A stretch of DNA of 64,000 bases, taken from Eledone cirrhosa. Taxonomy: Eukaryota. The position numbers were made by a program, and so were the translations under genes. A model generated the notes under the pieces. It was not told the origin of the DNA and made no database searches. It saw only the letters and a program-made list of their open reading frames with translations. The stretch covers positions 16,070-80,069 of the forward strand of contig CAXHJY010000333.1 in NCBI GenBank assembly GCA_964016885.1. Reading direction: 5' to 3'. Of this stretch, positions 47,072-62,249 are shown in pieces. Numbering within the stretch: position 1 is the stretch's first letter; the number at the start of each line of letters is the position of its first letter.

Positions 47072-49297
47072 TCAATATATCAGCCAAGAAATTAACACAA
47101 CCAGAAATACAACTGTTAGAAAATGGACTGAAGTTCACTCCCACTCCGAAAGCAGACACAGCCGATGTTATAAACGACACAGAAGAATACTGTCGAAAAT
47201 TACGCTTAGGAGAATTCTTCCAGGGTGTACAATACGAGGAAGAATCACTGGTGAAAAACAAAAAGAACTTCACACCCCCGCTAAATAGAGATAAATACCT
47301 GGAGGAATACATAACCTGCCTTCGCCGATCAGCACGTACAAATACGGCCGAGACGAAACACAAATGCAACATCCCTACAGACCAACTACTAGCATTGAAC
47401 AAGCTACAAAGAGATTCCTCAATAATAATAAAAGAAGCGGACAAAGGTGGAGCAATCGTCATCATGGACACAAACCACTACAAAGATATGGTCCTAGCAC
47501 ACTTGAATGACGAAAACTTCTACAGGAAAATCACTAAAAACGAAGAAAGGAAATCGAGGAACCAAATAGGCAAACTAACAACAAAGTACCAAAACAACCT
47601 AACACCAAAAGAAGTAGATTACCTAACCAACTTCGAAATGAAAACCAGCAATTTCTATGGATTACCAAAAATTCACAAATCCATAGAAATCCAAAACAAC
47701 ATAAAAGGGAAAAATACATCATACATCGAAGCACCAAAACCGAGAGACTTAAAATTACACCCCATTATTGCTGGCCCAGCCTCAAGCACACAACGTCTAA
47801 GCAACCTATTAGACATCATACTCAAACCCCTATGTAAAAAAGTTCCAAGCTACATCAGAGATGATATGGAATTCCTTAACTATATCCCCCAAAAAGTACA
47901 CCAGGATACAATCCGAGTCAGTTTTGATGTAATAAGCCTGTACACTAACATCACACACGACCTAGGGATTGAAGCTGTGGACTTCTGGATTACAAAACAC
48001 TCAAGTCACATTTCAGAAAGATTCCCCAAAGAATTCATCTTGGAAGGACTTAAATTAGTATTGGAAAACAACCACTTCCTCTTTGACAACGAACTTTATC
48101 TACAAATAAAAGGAACAGCCATGGGTACCAAAGTGGCCCCTACATATGCAACGCTCGTTATGGGTCACTTAGAGGCTAAATTATATTCCCAACTACAGAT
48201 AATATTCAGTCACGACTTCGCCTTCTACATTAATAAAAACTGGAAACGTTACCTACATGACTCCTTCATCTTCTGGAACAGAAGCCAAACAGACCTACAA
48301 AAATTTTATTCGATCCTAAACAGGCTTCATGAAGCTATACAATTCACTATGGAATGTAACGAAAAGTAACTGCCCTTTCTAGATATCCTCATCATTAAAG
48401 AAGGGGAAAATATCATAACAGCCCTATTTTGCAAACCCACTGATACACACCAATACTTAACTTTCCGGTCAGCACACCCCTCACATACGAAAAGGAACAT
48501 TCCCTTCAACATGGCAAGGCGCATCTGCACTATAGCAACACACCCCGTACTACAAGAAAAAAGATTATGTGACCTGAAAAAATTCCTTAAAAAACAAGAA
48601 TACCCGATGAAACTCATCAACGCAGCCATCTCCAAGGCTAAGAACATCCCAATAACAACACTGAGAAAACCAAACCCACAACATAAAAAAGAAAACCCTG
48701 CTATCTCTTTTGTCATCACTCACAACCCAGGGAACATCAACATTGTGAAAACTGCTAAGCAGTATCTCCCGATTCTACAGCAATCTACCAAAATGAATGC
48801 ACTCTTAAAAAACACAGATAATTTATAGCAGACGCCAAGCACCCAACCTTAAAAAACTAATTACCAAGGCAAAATTTACGACCAACATGGAATCAATGCA
48901 AGTGACGAAATGCGGGGACCCTAGATGTGGAACCTGTGAACTCATCGAAGAGGGCAAACAGTTGTCATTCAAAAACCATGATAATTTCAAGGTCAATGCT
49001 AACGTGAACTGCAAAACGAAAAACCTAATATATTGCGCAACATGTCCACAGTGTAAAGAGTATTACATTGGGGAAACCGGTACGGGATTACATGATAGAG
49101 TCCGGGTACATAAACAACAGATTAAAGACCCCACAGTCAGAAATACCACATGTAGCGCACACTTTGCATCATGCGGGAAGGGAAAATTCACAATCTTCCC
49201 TTTCTTCAAGATATGGTCGGATAACGAACATTTCCGCAGATATAAAGAAGAATTCTTCATTGAAAAATTTAAACCACTACTGAACACGAAAAAATGA
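47032..49297 (+). pseudogene. PLE reverse transcriptase + Cys finger + GIY-YIG endonuclease, inactivated
   Basis: GLKFTPTP, ADKGGAIVIM, YGLPKIHK, SFDVISLYTNI, GTAMGTKVAPTYA, RYLHD (YxDD mutated), TAA at 48367, LPFLDI, frameshift ~48825, CGDPRCGTC, LIYCATC..YYIGETG. Confidence 0.93.
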
Positions 49298-49501
49298 ATT
49301 AACACTCGGAGGTAAAATTCCATTTCACTACCCCCCCCCCCCTCTTCTTATGTATACACATGAATATCTGAATGAACGGTGAGACACACACATATGTGTG
49401 TGTAGGGATGTATGGATGTATGTACGTGTGGGTATATATGTATGTGGGTGTGTGTATGTGTGTGTGTGTGTATGTGTGTGTATATATATATGTATATATA
49501 T

Positions 49502-49541
<40 letters not shown>

Positions 49542-49562
49542 GTGTATATGTGTGTGTATATG

Positions 49563-49602
<40 letters not shown>

Positions 49603-49606
<4 letters not shown>

Positions 49607-50078
49607 TATAAGTATGTACACGTACATACATATATGTATACCGACGTACAGTAGTATGTATATATATATATACATACATGCACACATATATATATGCACG
49701 TATGGATTCACCGAACATTTATTATAATGCTCGGTGTGTTTGTAAACAAACATCCCGTATTAAGCCGTAGTGTCTAGCAACCACCGTTGCTCGTTTGTTC
49801 AACACTGACCTTTGCCTTTGTCAGTGTTGAACAAACGAGCAATGGTGGTTGCTAGACACTACGGCTTAATACGGGATGTTTGTTTACAAACACACCGAGC
49901 ATTATAATAAATGTTCGGTGAATCCATACGTGCATATATATATGTGTGCATGTATGTATATATATATATATACATACTACTGTACGTCGGTATACATATA
50001 TGTATGTGTACATACTTATATTCAAGTAACAGCCGTACTAAGAGTGGAAAATGAAATATCGTTTCATTTTTTCCGTTT
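49603..50078 (+). mobile_element. Fold-back insertion (family H) nested in the PLE 3' UTR
   Basis: Arms 49603-49809 and 49820-50024, 10-nt loop, unpaired tail 50025-50078, TA flanks. Confidence 0.75.
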
Positions 50079-50309
50079 ATATATATATGGATAGATATGT
50101 ATGTTTATGTGTGTGTGTATGTATGTGTATGTACCTATATATATATATGTGTGTGTGTGTGTGTATGTATGTGCATATATGTACATATGTGTGTATGTTT
50201 CTGTTTGTGTATATGTATGTATGTATGTAGATGTATGTGTGTATATATATGTATGTATATGTATTTGTATGTGTATGTGTATATGTGTCTTTATGTGCTC
50301 GTGTATACG

Positions 50310-50342
<33 letters not shown>

Positions 50343-50495
50343 GTGTATGTATGTATATGTGTGTATGTGTGTGTATATATATGTATATATATGTGTATGT
50401 ATATATGTGTATATATATATATATGTATGTATGTATGTACATGTATGGGTATGCATGTATGTGTGTATGTATGTACTTGTATGTGTATGTATGTG

Positions 50496-50528
<33 letters not shown>

Positions 50529-50675
50529 GCATATGTATGTGTGTGTATATATATGTATATGGATATGTATGTATGTGTATATGTATGTGTATATGTGTGT
50601 ATGTGTTTGGATGTATTTATGTGTACATATGTGTATATGTATGTGTATGTATGTGTGTGTATATGTATATATATA

Positions 50676-50722
<47 letters not shown>

Positions 50723-50872
50723 ATGCCTCTCTCTTTATACGTGTATATATATATATATAGATGTATGTGTGTATGTGTGTGTGTGTATGCATGTTTGTGT
50801 GAACGGAGGGGTATATATACGGACATATGTATATGTGTGTGTGTGTGTGCGTGTGTGTGTGTACACATGTGC

Positions 50873-50903
<31 letters not shown>

Positions 50904-51005
50904 CGTGTATGTGTGTATATATGTATATTTAGTTATGTATCTTTATGTGTGTATATGTATGTATGTGTATGTAGGTATATGTATGTATATATGTATATAT
51001 ATATA

Positions 51006-51092
<87 letters not shown>

Positions 51093-51713
51093 ATATATAT
51101 TTATATATATATGTATATGTATGTATGTATATGTGTATGTATGTGTGTATATATGTGTATATATATATATACCCATGTGGAGGTATGTGTACATATTCGT
51201 GTGTGTACGTATGTGTATGTGTATTTTTATATGGGTCTCTATACGTTTTTGTGTGTGTATTTGTACAGGGGTGTGTGATTGATGGTGTGTGCCTATATAT
51301 TCCTACATATGCCCGTGTGTGTATGTACATATATGCACACACACATATATATGTGTGTGTTGAACAAAAGACTAACTTGGGGATGGACGTAGAAAGATTC
51401 TTCAGGAAAAAAAGAAAAAAATAATTATTCACAAGCTTGACAGGTGCGATTTGCCTGTGACCATTCTCAACACAAAAGCGATGCTAAAAGCTTTTTCCCC
51501 TGAATAAAGGAATTTTTCGAGAATGACCGGGGCAGGCCGCACTTGCTAAGTTTCTCCCCACCCAACCCTACTCACCGTCTCAACTCATTACTGCTATGAA
51601 CACTTTTTCAACACACCTACACCCATGCACTTATTAAAGGGGGAGAAAAGAAACCCCTACCACACCACAGACATGTTAAATCCCTATATATAGAACAACA
51701 CACCACATACACA

Positions 51714-51755
51714 TCAGTTTGACAAGCGCATCTCAGCGTGAAAGGTCTTTCTAAA
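51714..51755 (+). ncRNA. Hammerhead-like motif with U3-A8 core (inverted copy at ~45672-45713)
   Basis: TTGACAA-gcgc atctca gcgt-GAAA-ggtc-TT; helix I weak. Confidence 0.45.
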
Positions 51756-51925
51756 AACGAAACAATACCTCCTACGTTAACCAAGAACTCCTAAGACCTA
51801 ACCAACAACCAACAACTTAATTTATAAAATAATTTTTTTTAAGAAAAATTCTTTTTGGATTTTGTGAAGAAAATAAATTTGTTGAAGCACAAGTGAAGCC
51901 ATTTTTTCTTCCCCCCTGTGTTAAT

Positions 51926-51953
51926 ATGTATATATATATATACATATATATAC

Positions 51954-52010
<57 letters not shown>

Positions 52011-52181
52011 CACATATATATATATACATATATACATATATATATACATATATATATAGATGTATATATATATACATATACACACATATATATATATATA
52101 CATATATATATACATATATATATATATGTATATATATATATACATATACACACATATATATATATATACATATATATATAC

Positions 52182-52222
<41 letters not shown>

Positions 52223-52363
52223 TATATATATATACATATATACATATATATATACATATATATACATATATATGTATATATATATATGTATATATATATA
52301 CATATATACATATATATATACATATATATATATATATATGTGTATATATATATCCATATATAC

Positions 52364-52397
<34 letters not shown>

Positions 52398-52425
52398 GTG
52401 TATATATATATACATATATATATAC

Positions 52426-52473
<48 letters not shown>

Positions 52474-52566
52474 GTATATATATATGTATATATATATACA
52501 TATATATATACATATATATATACATATATACATATATATATACATATATATACATATATATATATG
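51926..52566. repeat. (TA)n array
   Basis: Directly visible. Confidence 0.97.
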
Positions 52567-54447
52567 TATTTTCATTTGCAAAAAAACACAAAATCACTGG
52601 CTCTACTGTTGGCCCTCTAATTGATGAAAATGGCACTCTTCAAGACAATGCTAAAACCATGGGTGAGATACTGCAGAAACAATACTGCTCTGTTTTCAGC
52701 AATCCTGATATGGCCGATCTGGGCTGTATCGGCGATGTTACTCCCCATTACACCTTATCGGACATAACGTTTGGCGCCCCTGATGTCTTGGCGGCAATAA
52801 AGGAAATCAAGCATAATTCAGCAGTAGGTCCCGATAGGTTCCCTGCTTGTGTCTTGAAGGCGTGTCAACACCAACTTGCTTCTCCTCTTGCCAATCTGTG
52901 GCGGAACTCACTGGATGCTGGATATGTGCCAGAAAACCTTCTATCCCAGTCTGTTGTCCCAGTTTTCAAAAAGGGAAACAAATCCCTTGCCGTGAATTAC
53001 CGTCCAATCTCACTCACCTCTCATATCATTAAGGTATTTGAGCGAGTGGTGAGATCGCGAATGACCCACTTCCTTGAGAGTAACAATATGCTGAACTCCA
53101 ACCAGCATGGATTCCGTAATGGAAGGGATTGCCTGACGCAGCTACTGCATCACTTTGATGACATTTTGAGAGCCTTGGGAGAGGGTTCCAACACTGATGT
53201 TATCTACCTTGATTTCAGCAAGGCCTTTGACAGGGTTGATCATAACATTCTACTGAGAAAGCTGTCCAATATTGGTGTCACTGGAAAGCTGCTGCAGTGG
53301 ATCAAGAGCTTCCTGTCAAACAGAACCCAACATGTTGTAGTTGAGGGAGTCAAATCAAGCCCAGCCAAAGTCAGTAGTGGAGTCCCACAAGGCACTGTGT
53401 TGGGCCCACTTCTCTCCATCATCTATATTAATGACATCACTGACATCATCAAACACAGCAACATTAAAATTTTCGCTGATGATTCCAAGCTCCAAAAGGT
53501 CATCAATGGCGTGGATGACCGGATAAGCCTTCAGTCAGACCTACTGGCTGTTACCCAATGGGCAGAAAAGAACAACATGTTACTGAACGAAGACAAATTC
53601 GAACTGATCCACTTTGGAAAAGAGGATGCTCTGAAACTCCCGTACTCCCTTCCCTCCGGGGAAACTCTCGTGGCATCTAACAACATCAGAGACTTGGGAG
53701 TAACCGTGGACAGCAACATAAGCTGGACCACGCATATAAGCAGCAAAGTTGACATGGCCCGCAGAATGTGTTCCTGGATCCTCAGAACCTTCCAGTCGAG
53801 AGATTCCCGCACCATTATCCTTCTCTTCTCTACTTTCGCCCGACCACACCTTGAATACTGTTGTCCACTGTGGTCTCCCCACACGAAACAAAGTATCATG
53901 AAACTTGAAGCTCCTCAAAGGGCAATCACGAAAAGATAGATGGCATGTCAGATCTTGACTACTGGGGTCGATTTGAAAACCTGAAACTTTACTCACTCCA
54001 ACGTCGCCGTGAGCGTTATATTATCTGCATGATGTGGAAAATGTTCCATCATCACTGCCCAAATGATGTTGGCATCGCCTTCAAGATACACCCAAGGCTT
54101 GGGCCCCGTGCTATCCGTCCCATTCAAAAATCTAAATCGCAACTCATAACAACAATACGGCACAATTATTTCACCTCAATCGGCCCTGCTCTCTTCAACA
54201 TCACACCAGGACACGTCAAAACAGAAACTGACCACACAAAATTCAAGAAGTCTTTGGACAAATTCCTCCAAGTAATCCCGGACAAACCACCCACACCCGG
54301 ATATGTCTCCGCAAACAGTAATTCTCTTCTCGAATGGGCCATGGTGCCCAAATCCTGAATTGAAAGACTTCGCCAGGTGGTGCTATTAAGTTAGACATGG
54401 CCTGGGCCAATACTGGCCAAAACATTTCAAAGTTATTCAAAGTTATA
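52567..54447 (+). mobile_element. 5'-truncated CR1/L2-group LINE, RT with one frameshift near 53935
   Basis: [75 protein letters not shown]; 3' end ttcaaagtta x2. Confidence 0.92.
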
Positions 54448-55715
<1,268 letters not shown>

Positions 55716-56855
55716 CATAATATAAGATCAAAAGATGGTTAAAGGAGTTCAATATATTTTATTATGCGCATTTCAAAAACAAACATCATCAAACAATAAT
55801 ATTTGTGTTTTCATCAGATAAAACAGGAGAACATGATATGAAGGCTAAAAAAACACTTGTTGATAGTGCAGTTTTAAATCAACATATGAAAAGTGGTTTT
55901 AGATTGATGTGTGATATTGGGAAAAATATTTTATTTAGAGAGGGGGGGGAGAGAAAAGGATGAAAAGGGAAGGAGATGAGAGGGAGAGATGGGTGATAGA
56001 GAGAAAGAGATAGTTTTTATAACAGAGAGGAGATATATTTTATATAGAGGGGTTGAAAACCGTTGGAAGATACTGTATAAATTAAAAATTTTGAAAATTA
56101 ACGAAGGGAGGATATGTGCGAGGAAAAAATATATTATATTTAGGGAGGGGTGGGGGTGGAAAGGATGAAAAAAAGGGAGGAGATGAGAGTGAAGGTGGAA
56201 AGGGAGAGATGGGTGATAGAGAGAAAGAGATAGTTTTTATAACTGAGAAAAAGATATAATGTTTTAATATAGAGAGGTTGGGAACCGTTGGAAGATAATG
56301 TATAAATTAAAGGAATTTGAAAATTAACGAAGGGAAATTATGTATGGAGATAGAGAGAAAAAAATAACGAAGGGAGATTATGTATGGAGATAGAGAGAAA
56401 AAAATAATAATTGTGGGTGAATATTCAAAAGGAGAAATGTAGGAATCTTAAAATTAGCAAAGAGAAAAAGTTTATGTATAGGATTTGAGAAAAATTTATA
56501 TTGAATTCATATGTATTAATAATCATCCTTTTCTCTCCCCCCCTCTCTAAATAAAATATTTTTCCCAATATCACACATCAATCTAAAACCACTTTTCATA
56601 TGTTGATTTAAAACTGCACTATCAACAAGTGTTTTTTTAGCCTTCATATCATGTTCTCCTGTTTTATCTGATGAAAACACAAATATTATTGTTTGATGAT
56701 GTTTGTTTTTGAAATGCGCATAATAAAATATATTGAACTCCTTTAACCATCTTTTGATCTTATATTATGCATACTCCAGTCCCACAAACTGTAGAGTGCT
56801 TCTTATCCGATATCTGCATTGCTTTATTGTACTACAATAAAACTCACCTCCTACA
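55716..56855 (+). mobile_element. Fold-back PLE-type element, family C, with two intact HHR motifs (minus ~55757-55823, plus 56662-56728)
   Basis: Arms 55716-55963 and 56523-56769; ttttat-CTGATGA-long stem II-GAAA-tgcgca-TA-ataaaa; tail 56770-56855. Confidence 0.88.
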
Positions 56856-56866
56856 TATATATATAC

Positions 56867-56912
<46 letters not shown>

Positions 56913-56913
<1 letters not shown>

Positions 56914-57479
56914 CAACCTGTCTCATGGTCGGGTCGTTGGCGACTAAACTGGCAACCCCACCAAGGTTTCTTGGTGAGGAGGGTGACTTTGGACATCCTG
57001 CAGGACTAAAAACAAAACCTGTCAAAGGGCAAAGGAGCTCTTAAGAGTCAATGGCCATCCAAAATCACCGGGAGAGATGACCCCTTAGCCTTTGTCAAGG
57101 CAGAATTCTAGGAGAAGGAAAACTCTGATATAACACCTGCAACCCTGATGGTATCCAATGATGTTGACTTGTTCTTCTTTTTGGTAAATATCATCTTGGT
57201 TAAGAGAGTGGGACTGGCTTTGTGCAGTGCCTTTGCTCACTATAAAAGCTTCACGGCACAGGCATTGCTTTATATCTGGAGATCTCTCTGCACTTGTCGT
57301 CACATGGTACCATGGGCCCAGCACTATGTGTCAGTAATTGTCACAGGTGTAGTGTTTGTACCAGAGTTTTCAAGTCGCTGGCTGGACTAAAAAGTCACAC
57401 TCGTTCAGCGCATCGGTAGGGGTTCTCCTACATGGATATAAAGTAGTGGCCGTACTCGAAAACGAGTTGGCAGCCACCA
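56913..57479 (+). mobile_element. Non-autonomous, internally deleted RTE-derived element
   Basis: 5'UTR-like aggagaaggaaaactctga; terminal C2H2 finger [22 protein letters not shown] 57348-57419; 3' hairpin actcg-aaaa-cgagt; (AT)n tail; second copy at 18852-19266. Confidence 0.7.
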
Positions 57480-58175
<696 letters not shown>

Positions 58176-58179
58176 TATA

Positions 58180-58256
58180 CAGGGTGTCTGGAAAAATGTA
58201 TACAGAATTTGATTAGAATACTGTTGATTTCTGCATACATTTTGGGGGACATCCTG
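58180..58256. mobile_element. 77-bp Tc1/mariner-type MITE
   Basis: TA|cagggtgtctggaaaaatgtatacagaa ... ttctgcatacattttgggggacatcctg|TA. Confidence 0.7.
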
Positions 58257-58287
58257 TATATACATGTGTGTGTGTGTGTGTGAATGC

Positions 58288-58369
<82 letters not shown>

Positions 58370-58499
58370 ACACACACGCACGCACGCACGCACGCACATG
58401 TGTGCGAAAGGATCTTCTTATTGAAATGATCAAAAATACCTCTATTCTGTAAATTACTGAATAGATTTTAAAATATAGAGTATATATATAAAACGAATT

Positions 58500-58625
58500 C
58501 GGAACCCGACGGCTGAGCTCAGCCATCAGGGTAGTGAACAGTTTCATATTACTCACTCTACTACACCAACTATCGAGTACTCTGGTAAGTAATGGTCTAA
58601 CTGGTTTTTAACACCTCCAATCTGA
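58500..58625 (+). mobile_element. Family F element, collapsed at helix III
   Basis: acccgacggctgagctcagccatcagggt hairpin plus tail tattactcactctactac..gagtactctggt. Confidence 0.6.
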
Positions 58626-58834
58626 GCTCTATATATATATATATATATTTAATGTGTTGCTTATGGTACATTAAATATTTAGCTCTGTTAATTACATAGA
58701 GCACTCTTCATTCCTTTTACTTTTCCCACGGACACTTCAACACTTATATATATGTATATATATATATATACATATATATAATTTTGCACAACTGTTCCAT
58801 TGTATTACGTGTTCACCTGTTATATGTGTGTGCG

Positions 58835-58860
<26 letters not shown>

Positions 58861-58865
<5 letters not shown>

Positions 58866-59086
58866 ATAATAAATTTGAAGACTAAGATCTAAAGAGGGCT
58901 CGATAAGCATAAATATATATCAAATATATAAGAACCGTAGAGCAAATAGTTATTAAAATAACAGATTTAAGTTTAAGCAAAGAATCGCGGCTTTCACCTT
59001 TAACGGGATCTTCTGAAACTCAGAAGATCCCGTTAAGGGTGAAAGCACCGATTCTTTGCTCAAACTTTAATCTGTTATTTTAATAA

Positions 59087-59090
<4 letters not shown>
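58861..59090 (-). mobile_element. Fold-back mini-element, family A, two HHR-like motifs head-to-head
   Basis: Hairpin centred at ~59018 (cttctgaaactcagaag); tail 58861-58945 is the reverse complement of 30100-30185. Confidence 0.88.
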
Positions 59091-59120
<30 letters not shown>

Positions 59121-59229
59121 CGAGAGAGATGTTTGTGTGTGTGATAGATGGATTCCCGTTGAATGTCAGAGGTACTCATTAGGTTTGTAGAAAATAAGTA
59201 TCTTCATTTTATTTTAGAAATGAGTTTAA

Positions 59230-59526
59230 TGGAACTAGGACTTTCATTCGTAAGATCTCGCCAGGAAAGTCCAGACGATTTCTGAATGAAACAGTTCTAG
59301 TCCTGTAGACATTTCTGTGTGTATATATACATATATATATTTGAGAGAGATATATTTTAATTTTAATTATATCTCATATAAAATAATACAACTGGCTTTC
59401 CACAAAATACATATAGTTAGCACCCCAAACACTAAATTGAGATTATACTAACGTATAACCTAATGTTTGTTGAGTGAGATGGTTACCAGTCGGAGTTTAG
59501 CTTAAAGCTTTCTCTGTTATTGTATT

Positions 59527-59571
<45 letters not shown>

Positions 59572-59752
59572 ATAAAATTTATGAAGTTTTCCTGAAAGAA
59601 TCCCCCACCCGGTTAAATTATGTACTGACTGCCTTAGTTGAGAAAAAGCCTCTTTGTTTTATATACAAATGACTTCTACAGTACTAGAACTGTTTCATTC
59701 GACAATCTTGATGAGTTCATTCGAATGAAACGGTTGTAGTCATGTAGATGAC
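59230..59752. mobile_element. Two family E remnants (59230-59310, ~59600-59752)
   Basis: gaatgaaacagttctagtcctgtaga at 59284; IR tctacagtactagaactgtttcattcg / ttgatgagttcattcgaatgaaacggttgtagtcatgtaga. Confidence 0.65.
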
Positions 59753-59771
59753 ATATATATGTTTGTGGGTG

Positions 59772-59807
<36 letters not shown>

Positions 59808-59947
59808 ATTGAAGGTACCCGTTTACGTGTGTTGTATTGAAACGAATAACTTTGTGTATACTCTGGGAGTTTACTTAACATTAACTATTTAGTACGCTGA
59901 GATGAAACCGGTCCTAGCAGTGAAACCCATGCTAGTTCCGTCAACTT

Positions 59948-59999
<52 letters not shown>

Positions 60000-60700
60000 T
60001 TTTGCATTGCGTAATTTGGATTGTTGATTTAGGATTCACAGAAACAAATCTAATATATTTTATAATATCTATCGATTAGGTGCAGGTTTGAATTAACCTG
60101 ATGTATTTTCGTTGTTGTAGTAGCGGTTGGGGTTTTCTTTTACCTAGCCACAGTTTTCAATTTGTCACACTTTTAACGTATGTTTATTCCTCTAAGATTT
60201 AAGTTATCGATTTATCGATACCATCTTATTGAGTGCTTGATCAAGCTTCTGAGGATTATTCTCTCGAGGGATGCTGCAACTTCGATTTTTCTCACTATCA
60301 TTATATATATATATATATAACGGCGATGAATTAGTTTTGCGAGGATTTTGATGTGTCGAAACAAATATTGTTATATAAATTGTTATATATGTGTGTATAA
60401 ACAGATTAAATAAAGATGGCGTAGAAAATACAATGTAACGGGAGGAAACAATAGCACCACTGACGATGTTGCAGATGGGCAACGAAAGAACATTGATAAA
60501 CTATATATATGTGTTTGCGTCTATATTGTATCTGTATTATTTTTGACCGTTGGTCAGTCAATGGCAACATTGAAGATCGAATAAATTAGATTACTGATAT
60601 AAAAGACACAGAAGCGAAAAGCGAAAACCAACCAAACAGTGAGTGTGTTCTGTTATTAATTCTGGCAATATTACACAAATATGACCCTCCCCAAGTATAG

Positions 60701-60739
<39 letters not shown>

Positions 60740-60753
60740 TATGTGTGTATGTA

Positions 60754-60797
<44 letters not shown>

Positions 60798-60948
60798 TAT
60801 GTGTGTATGTATATCCTTTGTGATCCTGTCTCTATTGTTGTACTCCTGGAGAAGGGCTAAAGCCCGACATGTCGAACTTTCTTTCCTCTTTTCCATAGAC
60901 ACCATGAAATGAATGAGACTTTTTGTACCTCTGTTTGTAGTCTCCTTG

Positions 60949-60981
<33 letters not shown>

Positions 60982-60986
<5 letters not shown>

Positions 60987-61080
60987 ATAATAATAATAAT
61001 AAATTTAGTTTCAGAAGACCCCGTTAAGGGTGAAAGCAGCGATTCTTTGCTTAAACTTTAATCTGTTATTTTAAATAAAT
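60982..61080 (+). mobile_element. Family A HHR arm
   Basis: agtttcagaagaccccgttaagggtgaaagcagcgattctttgcttaaactttaatctgttatttt. Confidence 0.8.
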
Positions 61081-61267
61081 AAATATATAGATATAGATAA
61101 ATAGAAAGGCAGATAGATAGATAGATAGATAACACCACGCATTCGGCCAGCCACTTCTATCATGAAAAGAAAATGAATATGTGTGTATGTATATATTTAT
61201 ATATGTATATATATATGTGTATGTGTGAACATATTTATATATACATATGCTTGTATGTGAATACATA

Positions 61268-61313
<46 letters not shown>

Positions 61314-61479
61314 CGTGTGTGCGTGTGTGCATGCGTGTGTATATATATATATACATGTATGTATATATATGTCCATGTGTTTGTATATATATATATATAT
61401 ATACATGTATGTATATATATGTCCATGTGTTTGTATATATATATATATGTGTGTATATATATATATATATAATATATAT

Positions 61480-61559
<80 letters not shown>

Positions 61560-61879
61560 TGTGTGTGTGTGTCTAATGTGAATACATGTGTGGTCAACTT
61601 AATGGACTTTCTGCTCTACAACAAAATGGCTGTCTTTCCTTATGCCCAAATTAGAAGCCATTAATATTAATAATAGTATTATGACAAGCATCGTGTTAGT
61701 CAGAAGCTGTTGAGCACCTGATTAATATGTCGTCCAAGTAATTAATATTCTTTACATACACCTTGAGTTCGAATCAGGGTAGATGTTGATTTTTTTTTTT
61801 TACACTCTCACTCTTCCGGGTGGGTGGTGTATGATTTAATCGACTGTACCCAAAGACTTAGATTTTTTTAAATTAAATG

Positions 61880-61952
<73 letters not shown>

Positions 61953-61970
61953 ATAATAATAATAATAGTA
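61880..61970. repeat. (ACT)n/(AAT)n
   Basis: Directly visible. Confidence 0.95.
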
Positions 61971-62249
61971 ATGAGGAGAAAAGAGAGAAAAAGAAATTAG
62001 TTATTTATTCATTCTTTTTTGCTTATTTTCCCCTTTGTCGATCTTCGCTCGCCAAGAGATCGGGGTGGTGGGTTCGAGTCTGTCACTCCCCGACTCCATT
62101 CCGAACCACCCCAGCTATCCTGTCACCTTTCCAGCTTCCATCCCCAGAAATTTACTAAGTGAACGCAAACAACTGAGAGAATTCCATTATACGCAAGTGA
62201 TGAAGACTATGAAGATGATGATGATAATAATAATAGTAATAGTAATAAT

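Larger units (their letters stand above)
45491..51925 (+). mobile_element. Near full-length Penelope-like retroelement (Neptune-like) with inverted 312-bp pLTR arm
   Basis: 45546-45857 is the reverse complement of 51569-51880; ORF1, RT and GIY-YIG inside; microsatellite-rich 3' UTR; (TA)n on both flanks. Confidence 0.92.

Noticed and set aside
48367-48369. In-frame stop in the PLE RT as possible selenocysteine recoding
   Set aside because: The codon is TAA, not TGA, and the catalytic YxDD is also mutated; simple decay.
56913-56960. HDV-like ribozyme in the RTE-type 5' end (acc-tgtctcat-ggt...gtcg-ttgg-cgac-taa)
   Set aside because: Only P3/P4-like pieces visible; P1 and P2 partners absent.
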